From Octopus vulgaris (lineage: Eukaryota), in the NCBI GenBank assembly GCA_951406725.2, contig OX597821.1, forward strand, positions 62,000,001 to 62,064,000: a DNA stretch of 64,000 bases, written 5' to 3'. Both the position numbers and the translations under genes were made by a program. Below are positions 53,076-63,998 of this stretch, piece by piece. The notes under the pieces were generated by a model that searched no databases, was not told where the DNA came from, and saw nothing but the letters and a program-made list of their open reading frames with translations. Numbering within the stretch: position 1 is the first letter of the stretch; each line of letters opens with the position of its first letter.

Positions 53076-53344
53076 AATATATATATTTTTTAACATTTAA
53101 GCCTTCTACATACATATATATTCCAGTGAAATGAAGATGATAAAGAAAATTCTTTAATACATATTAATTATAAGTTGCAAATGATTCCGTACTATCTCCT
53201 TTTGTAACACCAGTTTACGCAAAAATCCTAGAAGAGTAAGTACGTAATATTTGCGGTTTTAGACATTAGACAGGGACTTCCTTGCATCAAAAGCTCGCTA
53301 TTACATTGTGCGTCTATCAGACCTTGTTGTTAGGAAAGTGTATG

Positions 53345-53395
<51 letters not shown>

Positions 53396-53547
53396 GTGAA
53401 ATAGAAAGATGAATAATCTTGTAGTAGATTAATCAAAAGTTTAACCGATACCTTAGTAGCAAAAATCACAGCAGTAAACAGCACGGTTGGAGGTACAACC
53501 ATATGGTGTTGCAACCGTGCGTTGGTGCGGATAATTGAAATTAAAAC

Positions 53548-53780
53548 ATTATTGGTGAATTGAAGAAATGGAGCTGAACGCAGATTGAACAGAAATCGTT
53601 TTATTTCATTCTACACGTGTTTCGAAAGGCACAAATTACCAAAATCCGATTGAATAATGGGACCATATTGTGTCTTTCTCTTCAGGAAGAAAATAGGAAA
53701 TCCGTTGGAAAAACAAAAACAGAACAGAGGCGGAGCAAAAACAAATCGAACTATGCTCCTAAGAGCCCATGGCGAAACCC

Positions 53781-53782
<2 letters not shown>
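53548..53782 (-). mobile_element. Solo 3' end (pLTR) of the Naiad family found at 59761-61975
   Basis: Closely similar to 59761-59990 over ~230 bp; followed by (TA)n. Confidence 0.85.
53602..53695 (-). ncRNA. Type-I hammerhead ribozyme, intact core
   Basis: Minus strand: TATTTTCTTC-CTGAAGA-GAAAGACACAA..TTGTGCCTTTC-GAAA-CACGTG-TA-GAATGAAATA; palindromic ACACGTGT stem III; predicted cleavage after GUA. Confidence 0.8.
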
Positions 53783-53829
<47 letters not shown>

Positions 53830-54696
53830 GAGAGAGGGTGGGAAAAGAGAGAGGAAGAGAGAGAGAGAGAGAGGAGGTCAGTAGTGACCAAGTGAGCAAG
53901 GTACAGAATCCTGTCAGATTTTACGACTTTTAGCTGTTCAGTTTCTCGAATACTTTAACTAAAATCCTAAATGACTTAGAGTAACACGTCTGCCTTTGTA
54001 TGCATTACAGATGGAATTAGCACGACACAGTTTGGAAAAGAAGTGTACCTTTGAATTACAGATACAATAAATGTGAGGAGCCGCTACTCGAAGCTATAGA
54101 AAATTACACGATTGCTAAATATCACAAAGGAAAATTTGAAACCAAAGCTTAATACTTTCGAAGCTAAAATTTTGAACATTCCTCCGTACAGCGCCTACTG
54201 ATGCACACACAAATATACGGACACGCGTACATATATGCATATATGTATGGGGGCATACTTCATGTTAAAACAACTGATGGGTATGTCTTACTGTACAAAC
54301 ATTTATATCTTAATGCATTGAACTGCTGGCTAGTATGTGTAGTAGACTGAATGATCATTACATTAGACCACCGGGTATAAGAAATAGAAATCGTATACAC
54401 ACAAAGTTTATCAAGTTCAAAATATGAAGTTCTAAAAATGATAATTACATTGGGATATTTATCTACTTTTTATATCATAGAAAATTATTCAAATAAAATT
54501 TTAAATGCATGAATGTTTTACATAAAATAACTATTAAAATCATTGAATATTCATATTTATACAATTATAGCGTGACAAATAAAAAAAATAATGTGCAAAT
54601 AGATCACCAATACTCATAAAATATAATAAAATAATTACACACGCGTCCTCCTTTAGACAGGCTTATATATGAGTGTCCCTGTATCTGTCTGTTTAC

Positions 54697-54754
<58 letters not shown>

Positions 54755-55023
54755 GTATTTCTGTCTGTCTGTCCATCTGTCTGTAAGTTGGCCTGCTTGT
54801 CTGATTGTATGTGTGGCTATGTATCTAACATTACACTATACAATGCACGTCCATAAGAGATTTCAGCTTGGAGAAAATCCGCTGCATCTTGCTCGTGGGC
54901 GCTATATAAAATACATATATTTATTGTAATATATATTAGATTATACCATATAAATATATATATATATTCACTCACATATACTTAATTATTAAATCTGCAA
55001 GAACATCACAAACTATAAAAATA

Positions 55024-55133
55024 AAAACTGTCACTCAGAGTTTTACGTTCTTGTTCGTCGGACAGTTGTGGTTGAAATTCTAAATCACAATTTTCCAACG
55101 AACGGGAAGCTGAAACTCTGACTAGCTGTTTTT
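55024..55133. repeat. Inverted dimer of a hammerhead-like PLE terminus
   Basis: Left arm resembles 62061-62094 (ACTCAGAGTTTTACGTTCTTGTTCGTCGGACAGT); right arm CAATTTTCCAACGAACGGGAAGCTGAAACTCTGA is its diverged reverse complement. Confidence 0.55.
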
Positions 55134-55170
55134 GTCATATGTTGTAATGCATCGCAGCTTTAATAATAAA

Positions 55171-55288
55171 TATGCTGCATTAAGACACCAGATATACTAG
55201 AGGGTCAATGTGGATAATAATTGTAATATATATATATACCAATATGTATATATTACAATTATTATCCACATTGGACCTCTCGGATATC
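55171..55288. repeat. ~55-bp-arm near-perfect palindrome centred on TA-rich spacer
   Basis: TTAAGACACCAGATAT..AATGTGGATAATAATTGTAATATA / TATATTACAATTATTATCCACATT..ATATCTGGTGTCTTAA. Confidence 0.85.
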
Positions 55289-55569
55289 TGGTGTCTTAAC
55301 ACAGCATATAAGCCTGCACTATTACTCATTAGCTCAGTAAACAAAATAGATTGACTGCCAAGGATTAAACTTCAGTGTTTGCGCAAGCTACACATATCAG
55401 ATGAAAGGGAGCTTACCTCTTATTAATACATTATCTCTGTTATACTAGCCATAGATCTTGAACATTTAAAACGTTAAAAAACTGATAACGACTAAAAATT
55501 TAAGATAATGCTTTTACATTTTAATTTCGTTACGGGTATAAAACTTCTCTGCTATATTCACGTACCTGG

Positions 55570-55609
55570 GATTGGTTATAAGATTGGTTATAAGATTGGT
55601 TATAAGATT
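55570..55609. repeat. 12-bp tandem repeat x3
   Basis: (GATTGGTTATAA)3. Confidence 0.9.
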
Positions 55610-56564
55610 AAGTGTTAAACGATTGTTTGTGTCAGTATTATACACTTGAAAACATACAAAATAGAAAATATGAAGTTGAATAATTTGCTTGTATCTGTAA
55701 ACATATACAAAGACTCAGGCACAAACACACTTCATATCTGCATAGATATGCGTCTATCGGCATGTTTTTTGTAATATATGATTATCTGGAATATTTATTC
55801 AGACAAGCTGTCATGTTCGATAGTAATTATTCGAAAGAAACTTAAAGAAATATATGCATTTGCTAAAATCTCTGATGTAATATTTAAATAGATTATAGAT
55901 ATTTTTAAGTTTCTAAGTTTGGTTCAGAATTTCATAGAATTCACGCCCGATTTCTGAGTATATACGACTGTTATCATTCAAGAACAAGTCGTTAGATACC
56001 GACAATTGTTGCGCCTTATTTGAGTATATAAAGATAATATGGATACCAGCAGTGCTTAAAGTTATCCTACACTATTCCGACATGCGTTTTGCTTTTTTTT
56101 TCTGGGAGACAGTCCTCTGTTCATGGCGAATTAATATGTAAATTGATTAAATGTAAAGGTTTTTAAAACAATTACGATAAACTTATTCTTTATTATTTAT
56201 TATTACATTCATAGGAGTGCTGTCATGTTGATGTTTGGCTTTTAAGAGTTTAGTCAAACAAATCGATCACTATACTAGGTTCTTACTCTATTTTTCCGTT
56301 TTGCAGAACAGGTGGCTAACGAAAATCCAGTTTTCAATATCAACTGGTGGATGAGAGCATAGGCATATGAAATATATATGTGTATATTAAGTGATATGGT
56401 CGCATACCATTAAAATGAAGTATGGAAGAAATAAGTAACCTTCGTTTCCCCTGAATAATTTAGCACCAAAACTCACTTTGAAGTAACATATGGTTGAAGT
56501 CATTGTCTGCATTAAACAGTAAAAGTTGATCTTGATGGTTTTAGTTATGTTACTCTTCTCGCAG

Positions 56565-56700
56565 TTGTAATGTCGTTGATCACAGATTGCGTCCGATCCC
56601 GTTTATTTGAGCAGATGAGAAGGCCATTAATTTTCCGCATCGCACGAACAGTTGCAGTTCTTTTGTTGGTCAGTTCCATGACATCTTTGCCAGGGATACG
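56565..56700 (+). CDS. Candidate host exon encoding an N-terminal signal-peptide-like segment
   Basis: Acceptor TTACTCTTCTCGCAG, ATG at 56570, open frame MSLITDCVRSRLFEQMRRPLIFRIARTVAVLLLVSSMTSLPGIR, weak donor CG/GTTAGA at 56701. Confidence 0.3.
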
Positions 56701-58013
56701 GTTAGAGGGACATATATAGATAGATAGATAGAGAGAGAGAGCGAGAGAGAGAATGAAATAGAGAGACAGGGAGAGGGAGGGACAAGGACATCGATTTGCG
56801 AGGGAGAGAAGAAGAGAAGAGAGAGGCAGACAGACAAAGAGAGAGGCAGATCAACAGACACGGAGAGAGAAAGGGAGAGTGGGCACAGAAATAGTGTACG
56901 AAAGGGATTATATAAGTACCAATGTGCAGATATGCGTGCGTAAGTATATCCAAACAGGCATAGACTTTACAGGGAGACTAAGAAATAGAGAGTGAGAAAA
57001 AGGGAGAGGCGGAAGAGAGAGACATACAGATCGAGAGAGTAGGAAGAAAAAGAGGGGAAAATACTGATCAAAATGTATGTGTATGTATTTTCTGTAGGAA
57101 GTATGTGTATGTGTTATCTTGAGGGAGTTTTATATGTGTATGTAATTTCTTTCGGGAAATTTTTAAATAGATGTATATTGGATTTCACAGCGACGAAGTG
57201 AAAATTTGTATATTAGATATTTAAGCAAACTAGTCTTTTATCGTTTTAGTCTCGATTCAATAAATTGTGAGTGGAAGAATAAATATACAAATACTTAAAT
57301 AATGATGATAAGTAAGAAATAATTCTATGTATATTTTAAGCGTCTCTTGTTTATTATCCTTAAAATCTCACCTACTGAAGAGTACAAGTTTGACCTTTAC
57401 GATATTCTCTTTATGGAAATCTTTGTTATTTCGTCAGAAACCATTGTCTGGGAATATGAAATAAAAGGATAATCCATTTTACCATCCAATCTGCTTTATT
57501 TCATTTATTTGATAACATTTATTGAACTTGGTTTAATAAATTAAGTCATATATTGATTATTTCTTTGCATACTTTCATTCCTATACGAATTAAAAATTCA
57601 CAAATAACATATGAGGAAAATACATAAAAATGCTATGGAAAAAATTCCTATGAAAGGACGAAATAAATTCATTCGGATAAATATATTATACTTCTTTCCA
57701 AATGCACATTACAAGTAAAAGAGTAAAAGTGTATGTATATATAATATGTGTGTGTGTGCGTGTGTGTGTGTGTGTGTGTGTGCGTGTGTATGTGTGTGTG
57801 TGTGTGTAGAAGGTTGAAAAGTAACACACGAGTTGATAGGTATAAGGAAAATAAGACAAGGCAGAAAATGTTAAAATAAGTTTATCATGAAGCACACTTT
57901 AGTGCCGGTTTCCAACTTTGTGACTTTTTCGACAGGAATAATAAATAGGAGAAAAATTAATTGACATGTTTTAAAAATATTTCTATAATTTTCCAATACG
58001 TGGGACATTTACC

Positions 58014-58044
<31 letters not shown>

Positions 58045-58045
<1 letters not shown>

Positions 58046-58492
58046 TACTGTTGTGAAAGTTTGGTAGGTTGGTTGTAGCAGATCTGAAGAAATATTCTAT
58101 ATGAGGGATGTTGGTTGTGGATTTTGATTGGGTTGTTCTTTGCCTTCATGATGGTTCGCGTTTAGAGGATTAGATAGATTCTGTGGTCCCATTTTAATAG
58201 AGGTATGTTCTGGGGGATGGTGCCGAAGTTTTCTTTGTTAAGGGAACTCTGTGGTGAAATGTATGGCAGTGCTTTGGTTGTAAATCCTTCTTTAGTTTGG
58301 GATATCTGAGTTCGCGGATGTTGAGTTGTAGGGCATCCTGAAAGTTAGTGACGGTGAAGAGTTCCTGCTGACGAGTGTATCCTTTAGTTCATGTAGTAGT
58401 GTGTCACTGGTGCTAGTATTAGAGACTATAGTAGAAATTCTTTTTTGCCAGGTTGAAATGGATATTCATTCTAGTGTGTCCGGGGTGACATG
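58045..58492 (-). mobile_element. Highly degenerate Neptune-type PLE fragment (thumb/linker)
   Basis: Minus-strand HPGHTRMNIHFNLAK and KALPYISPQSSLNKENFGTIPQNIPLLK align by eye to HPRHTKTNIPFNLAR and LPYISTYNPRNKEAFTIITQNLPIL at 52 kb. Confidence 0.65.
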
Positions 58493-59700
58493 AGCTGAAA
58501 GGTACATATATACGGTTAAAAAATTAAGGTTACTAAAAACATGTATCAAAACTTTATTTCAGGATAAGTCCCGCGTCGTGGGTCTGCAGAGCAAGTTCAC
58601 CACTTATGGCTACAAGGCATCATCAGCGATACCTATCAAACGTCGTTGTTATAATTGCAAGAATTCTAGGATGGACGTTGGGTATAAGTTAAAGATAAAA
58701 AAGTGCAAAGGGAATTTAACAACAATAAAGTATTATATTATCACAATTGTTTTATCTTCAAGATAAATTCCCCCCTTGTGGACGTGGAACGATGAAATAA
58801 TGGCAGATGCAACGCGCAGTGCAGAGAGGAATCTTTAGGTAGGATAATAAGGTTTTAATCTGGGAGATTTACACTTGGGTTTCGCTGCATTGACAGATTT
58901 TTACAGTTAGACACAGTCACAGACAAACAGACGCACATATTCTTACGTTTAATTCAATGTAAAGACGTATAGGCGCATAGATTAATGATTATACTCTTGG
59001 GAACATGACAGCACACAATATCACATGTATGTTAGTTAATTACACACGCACACAACTATACACTCATACAAAGACAAACCTACACACTGGAATACACACC
59101 CCAGGGCACAAAACGTCACCCACACAGACACATACAGAGATCACATCAACACTGACTCCATAGAGCACACGCACGCACTCACACAGATACAGCGACAGGT
59201 ATACTCAAACCCTCACGTAATGCTCATAGATCCTCCAGACACACAAATACACACACATCGCAGGAAATCCAAATCCAAATGTACATTAACACACGTAGTC
59301 TCACATTTCTGCAGGCAAATGCGCTTGTACACTCATATATTTATACACACTCACGTATGTATATCGTACACCGATATATTCATGTACACATCAGTACACA
59401 TCAGAGACTTCCACTCAGCACAAATATACACACAGGCATGTATGGCATATATATATACACACAAACTTTTATGGTATGTAAACAACGTGTAATGCGTTCA
59501 GAAATTTATTAATGACCTTTTCATTAATAAGCAAGATGGATAGGAATTCTTCAGAACATAATCCACAGGTCCTAGAATGTGTCTTGTAGTGTTTTGCATA
59601 CCCTACAATTGACCACGACCACGAAGGAGCACTGCATCTTGAAGGTGAGCCAATTATAAATTTTGTTGTTGTTACATTTCGTCTTCGCGTTTTATCTTCA

Positions 59701-59766
<66 letters not shown>

Positions 59767-59814
59767 AGTGAATTGAAGAAATGGAGTTGAACGATGATTG
59801 AACAGAAATCGTTT

Positions 59815-59907
59815 TATTTCATTCTACACGTGTTTCGAAATGCACAATTTACCAAATTCCGATTGAATAATGAGACCATATTGTGTCTTTCTCTCCAGGA
59901 AGAAATA
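59815..59907 (-). ncRNA. Type-I hammerhead, core mutated (CTGGAGA)
   Basis: Paralog of 53602-53695 with A6->G in the core. Confidence 0.6.
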
Positions 59908-60575
59908 GGAAATCCGTTGGAAAAAACAAAAACAGAACAGAGGCGGAGCAAAACAAATCGAACTAGGCTCCTAAGAGCCCATGGCCAAACTGTTTATCAG
60001 TGTATGTTGAAAACGGGTGGTGGGTGCGTTGAAGATTTTAACGGGTCAGGCAGCGGTCATTCCGGTGGGTGAGGGCACGGGGTGTGTAGATGTTCTTTGT
60101 GAGCGAGAGTAAAGTTCTGACTATTTAAAGAATATTAGATGTATTATATGGGGCGAGAAAAATCTACTTAGAGACATGTGTGTGTTTACTGTTCTATATA
60201 TGTGTGCGGGCGCAAGTTGGTAAGAAGCGCTACATTCTGGTCACTGCTGAGAAATCCGTCAAGGGGTAGAAAACATTTTATGTGTACGTGTGTGCGTTTG
60301 ATTGCGCGGCTGTCAGTTGCTAAACAGCTCTACACAATGGTCACTGCTGTAAAATCCGTCGGGCGGCAGAAAAATATTTTATGTGTGCGTGTGTTCGTCT
60401 AATCATGCCTTGTCAAAGAAACCCCGTCGTCAAAAACAAAGCCCCATTCATCTCACAGGAGTAATTCCCCTTGCAATGGTTTATCATATTTCTCTTAAAG
60501 GCTTTTTCAGAATTTATTACCAAGGGCTATTTTCATATAAGTAGTGTAACCGGGTGCAGGTATTATTTATAAGCG

Positions 60576-61949
60576 TTATTTATAAGCAAGATAAGTATAA
60601 CGCCGCCAATGGGGGCATCGAAAAGCCGACTGTAAAAGTCCGTTTACCATCCGGTCTCTGGCGAACAATATATGGAAGAGTTCGGAGACACAAAGGTTGC
60701 ACTTCCTTCTGCCCCTATCAAATGGGAGGGCCACCGACAAAATTGACCATTCCAGCCTGTAGCTTGAGTTCGTATTCTTCAATCGCCATATTAGCTCGCT
60801 AAGTCCCGTGGTCTGGCGTTTATTCATGTCTCGAAAAGTTGCGTAATGGTTGGAGATTCGTAAAGTCAATCTTGACGATGAGGCCCCGACATAAGCGTAG
60901 ACATCTGAGTCCGTGTAAACCTTGCATTGGTAGACGGCGTTTCTGATCTTGGAGTTCGCTGACGTGAATCTTATTCTGCTAGGATTAGTTTCTGAAATTA
61001 GAACTGCGTTACTGTCACTATATTTGTTGCGAGAACTGCAGCCGCTTCCTACTTTATTTTCCACTACGTCACTATTAACTAACGGAATAACCCCTGATTC
61101 TCCACTATCTATCAGAGTGCTGTCATTGCTAGTGCCCGTGGTGCTGCTATTGCCGGAAACGATGCTGGGGTTGCTATTGGGACTCTCTACCCTAAAGAGC
61201 CGAGCTGCGCTCACCTCACTACTGCCATTGTTACCGTCAATTACAACACCCCTATTTATAACTATATCCCTAGTATATAATCCCTGGTTGGAGCTGAGAT
61301 TATGAGTCACTGTACTGGCTCTCATATCATTATTACTACTATTATTATTCCTACTGAGCATTAAACCGGGAGCGGAAGAAGCTGTGCCTCCGGAAAAAGT
61401 TGATAGGGTCTTAGTAAGCAGCCTATTATTATGGGAGGCGATTATCTGGGCGAGGTTTTTAGTGTTGGAGAAAGCTATCCTAACTTTATGCGAGTTAACC
61501 GTGGAGTAATATTTGGAACTTCTGGGGAAGTTATTGGCGATGGCTTGTCGAAACATGAGGGGGAGGTTAGTTCTAATCTGCTTACCAAAGGGAATTACAA
61601 ACCATATATGCTTATTCCTATCTATGTGATGGGTCGGGACGCCAGCTCTCGCATTCGGGTGGGTGATTCTCGGATGAATAACGGGTTTTGGGTTAGTGTG
61701 AGATCCCCCGGACCGATAATTATCCTTGTTCGCTAAATTAAATGCGGGAGCGACTGCCCCAGCACCCGCCGCGCCCCCGTCACTACTTAAATTGTTTATG
61801 TTATTATAGACGGCCCTATCCTGATGACCGAATGATGGCATCGGAAGGGCCGGATCAATATAAATTACCTTCTGCCTATAACCGGCCTTGGATAGTGCGG
61901 CGTTATAAAATTCCGCTTTCTGCATAAAAATATCGGCACTAGCGGACAA
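60576..61949 (-). CDS. C-terminal part of a Naiad-type PLE protein (thumb, linker, GIY-YIG)
   Basis: FYNAALSKAGY, IWFVIPFGKQIRTN, KVRIAFSNTKNLAQIIASHN, AVYQCKV..YVGASS..RISNH, TGLSELIWRLK, WSIL, CNLCVSE; parallels the 63105 ORF. Confidence 0.85.
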   Translation of the reverse strand: MSASADIFMQKAEFYNAALSKAGYRQKVIYIDPALPMPSFGHQDRAVYNNINNLSSDGGAAGAGAVAPAFNLANKDNYRSGGSHTNPKPVIHPRITHPNARAGVPTHHIDRNKHIWFVIPFGKQIRTNLPLMFRQAIANNFPRSSKYYSTVNSHKVRIAFSNTKNLAQIIASHNNRLLTKTLSTFSGGTASSAPGLMLSRNNNSSNNDMRASTVTHNLSSNQGLYTRDIVINRGVVIDGNNGSSEVSAARLFRVESPNSNPSIVSGNSSTTGTSNDSTLIDSGESGVIPLVNSDVVENKVGSGCSSRNKYSDSNAVLISETNPSRIRFTSANSKIRNAVYQCKVYTDSDVYAYVGASSSRLTLRISNHYATFRDMNKRQTTGLSELIWRLKNTNSSYRLEWSILSVALPFDRGRRKCNLCVSELFHILFARDRMVNGLLQSAFRCPHWRRYTYLAYK

Positions 61950-61970
61950 GCCAGAAAGCGGAATTTTATA

Positions 61971-62023
<53 letters not shown>

Positions 62024-62060
62024 TTTATTTTAAGCAGCAGAAAATTCAACAAAATCTGTT

Positions 62061-62094
62061 ACTCTGAGTTTCTCGTTGCCGTTCATCAGACAGT
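62061..62094 (-). ncRNA. Ultra-minimal hammerhead-like motif
   Basis: Minus strand: ACTGT-CTGATGA-ACGGCAACGA-GAAA-C-TC-AGAGT; stem III essentially absent. Confidence 0.5.
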
Positions 62095-63104
62095 TTTTGC
62101 TAGAATGGAACATATATATTAATTCAATCTATACTCTTACAAACGCTACACCTTTAAAAAGAAATGGACTTGTTTGATTGGCCCTTTAGAAAAAACGGTC
62201 AATCTTCGAGCGATAAACAAAAAGGTCAAAAATATATGTCTATATATATAAAAACTTATAAAAATTATAAAATCCGAGGAAAATACCGAGGAAAAAACCT
62301 GTTGCCGTTAATGAAGACAGTACAAATTAATGCATAGAAATTAAACCTGTTATAAATACTGCAATACATATTTATATTAAAATCCACATATATATATCAA
62401 CATACACAAAAGGATGCGCGTAAACGCCATACATACACATACAGACGTATGAATATGAATCTAAATTATACACATAAAAGCATGTGTACATATATTCACG
62501 CAAACCGTCTCGCACGCAAGCTAAAATTCATCTATGTAGCAATTCTCATATACTGAGCAAGGAGGGGGAACGAAAGAAAGGGAAAGAGAGAAAAAGGAAC
62601 GGAGGAGGGGTGGGGGGAAAAACTTGTAGCGATGTTATTTGGCATCTATAGAGGCCTGTATACATACACAAGTTTGAATTGATACATATACATACCGTCG
62701 TGTATATGTGTGCTTAAGCACAAGCATACTTTCACTCACACATACACAGATACGCATGCTTACAAATACATATGCTTTGCTATACACAAACTTATATAAA
62801 CATTCTAAATTTGACAACATTGCTTTTTTTATAAAAAAACATTGCTTTTAAAAAATGGGTGCATTAATAAAAATATATACGAAAGACCTATAAAATAAAA
62901 TATAACATCCTATTTTGGGTCATTTATAAATAATCAAGGTAATATAAATAATCAAGGTAATCTTATGCAATACAATAACATGAAAACAAAGTTTGTAGGT
63001 TTTTCCTAATATATATGTAGAAACAATAAGACTTTGCTATAGGTCCGTTGTAGCTCTCAAGAGTCAAAATCAAAATCAAAAAGTCAAAATACAAAATATA
63101 TACT

Positions 63105-63998
63105 CTATCCATATGGTATATTTATATTCGACATTTTAAATTTAGCCTTGTGCCTACATAAGTTCATTAATTCACTTCTTTGATTCAAAGAATTATTGTC
63201 TTTGAATAATATATGCATTTTTTCTAATAAGCAAAGCCTGCACTTGAAATTATATTTGTAAGCTCCATGCCTGTATGGTGCCGCCCTGTCCAGAATGCTC
63301 CATGTCACGTTGAAAGGTGGGGCTTCCTTTTCTTTTAGTTCCCAGACATATTTTGCTAGGCTGGTTTTCTTTCTATTCTCTGGGTATTTAAAAGAATTCT
63401 TATGAGAATAAAATCTTGTTTTAAATGAATTTTCTGAAGCCCCTGTGTATGTCTTGTATTCCAATGAGCCTTCCACTTGCACCTTGGCTCTATAAACTAC
63501 TCCTTTCACTAGACATTTCCCTTCTAACGGACAGGAGCTTTCGTTTTTGAAATTACATTTCTTAATGGGCTCGGCACCATGTCTAATCTCAATTAGCTTC
63601 CTATTATGTTGGCTAATGTAAGAGGCGAAATTTCTGCAACAAGAATAGCTAACCTTCAGGGTTCTTCTATTAAATATTCTGTAGAATTTATGACCCTGCC
63701 TAAAATGCTTAGAGACTAATCTCAAAAATTCCTTACCTATATTAGTCTTTACGGCCAAATTGAAAGCCGGGTTGAACCACAAAACTTTCCTAGTCCTAGT
63801 TCTTCGTGCAGCATTATTATTAGCATTAAGCTGGTTGAACTGGATCTTCTCCGAGAATCCACTATTCTTTAATGCGCTATCGTAATAAGGTGCAGCATTA
63901 TGGAATGCTGCCTCGTCCGAAGAAATTGAAGATATTCTTCTACCTACATTGCTGACTAAGTTGCTAAGGATAACTGGTGGATGGTTCGAATCTTTGCT
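63105..63998 (-). CDS. Naiad-type PLE thumb, linker and GIY-YIG endonuclease (partial)
   Basis: SNHPPVIL..RRISSISS..APYYDSALKNSG..RKVLWFNPAF..KTNIGKEFL..KVSYSC..CPLEGKC..VVYRAKV..YTGASE..FKTRFYSH..TSLAKYVWELK..CRLCLLEK. Confidence 0.92.
   Translation of the reverse strand, partial: SKDSNHPPVILSNLVSNVGRRISSISSDEAAFHNAAPYYDSALKNSGFSEKIQFNQLNANNNAARRTRTRKVLWFNPAFNLAVKTNIGKEFLRLVSKHFRQGHKFYRIFNRRTLKVSYSCCRNFASYISQHNRKLIEIRHGAEPIKKCNFKNESSCPLEGKCLVKGVVYRAKVQVEGSLEYKTYTGASENSFKTRFYSHKNSFKYPENRKKTSLAKYVWELKEKEAPPFNVTWSILDRAAPYRHGAYKYNFKCRLCLLEKMHILFKDNNSLNQRSELMNLCRHKAKFKMSNINIPYG

Larger units (their letters stand above)
59761..61975 (-). mobile_element. Naiad-type Penelope-like element, 5'-truncated, bounded by (TA)n on both sides
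   Basis: ORF 60576-61949 plus ~800-bp 3' UTR ending in a hammerhead-bearing terminus shared with 53548-53782. Confidence 0.85.

Noticed and set aside
60395-60460. Possible SECIS element (ATGA..TGA hairpin on the minus strand), since some Naiads encode selenoproteins
   Set aside because: No in-frame TGA in the visible ORFs, poor helix pairing and no apical AA; the missing 5' part cannot be assessed
60949-61736. Plus-strand ORFs (118 aa, 101 aa), and similar antisense ORFs at 40423-42626
   Set aside because: Antisense shadows of PLE coding sequence with no recognisable motifs
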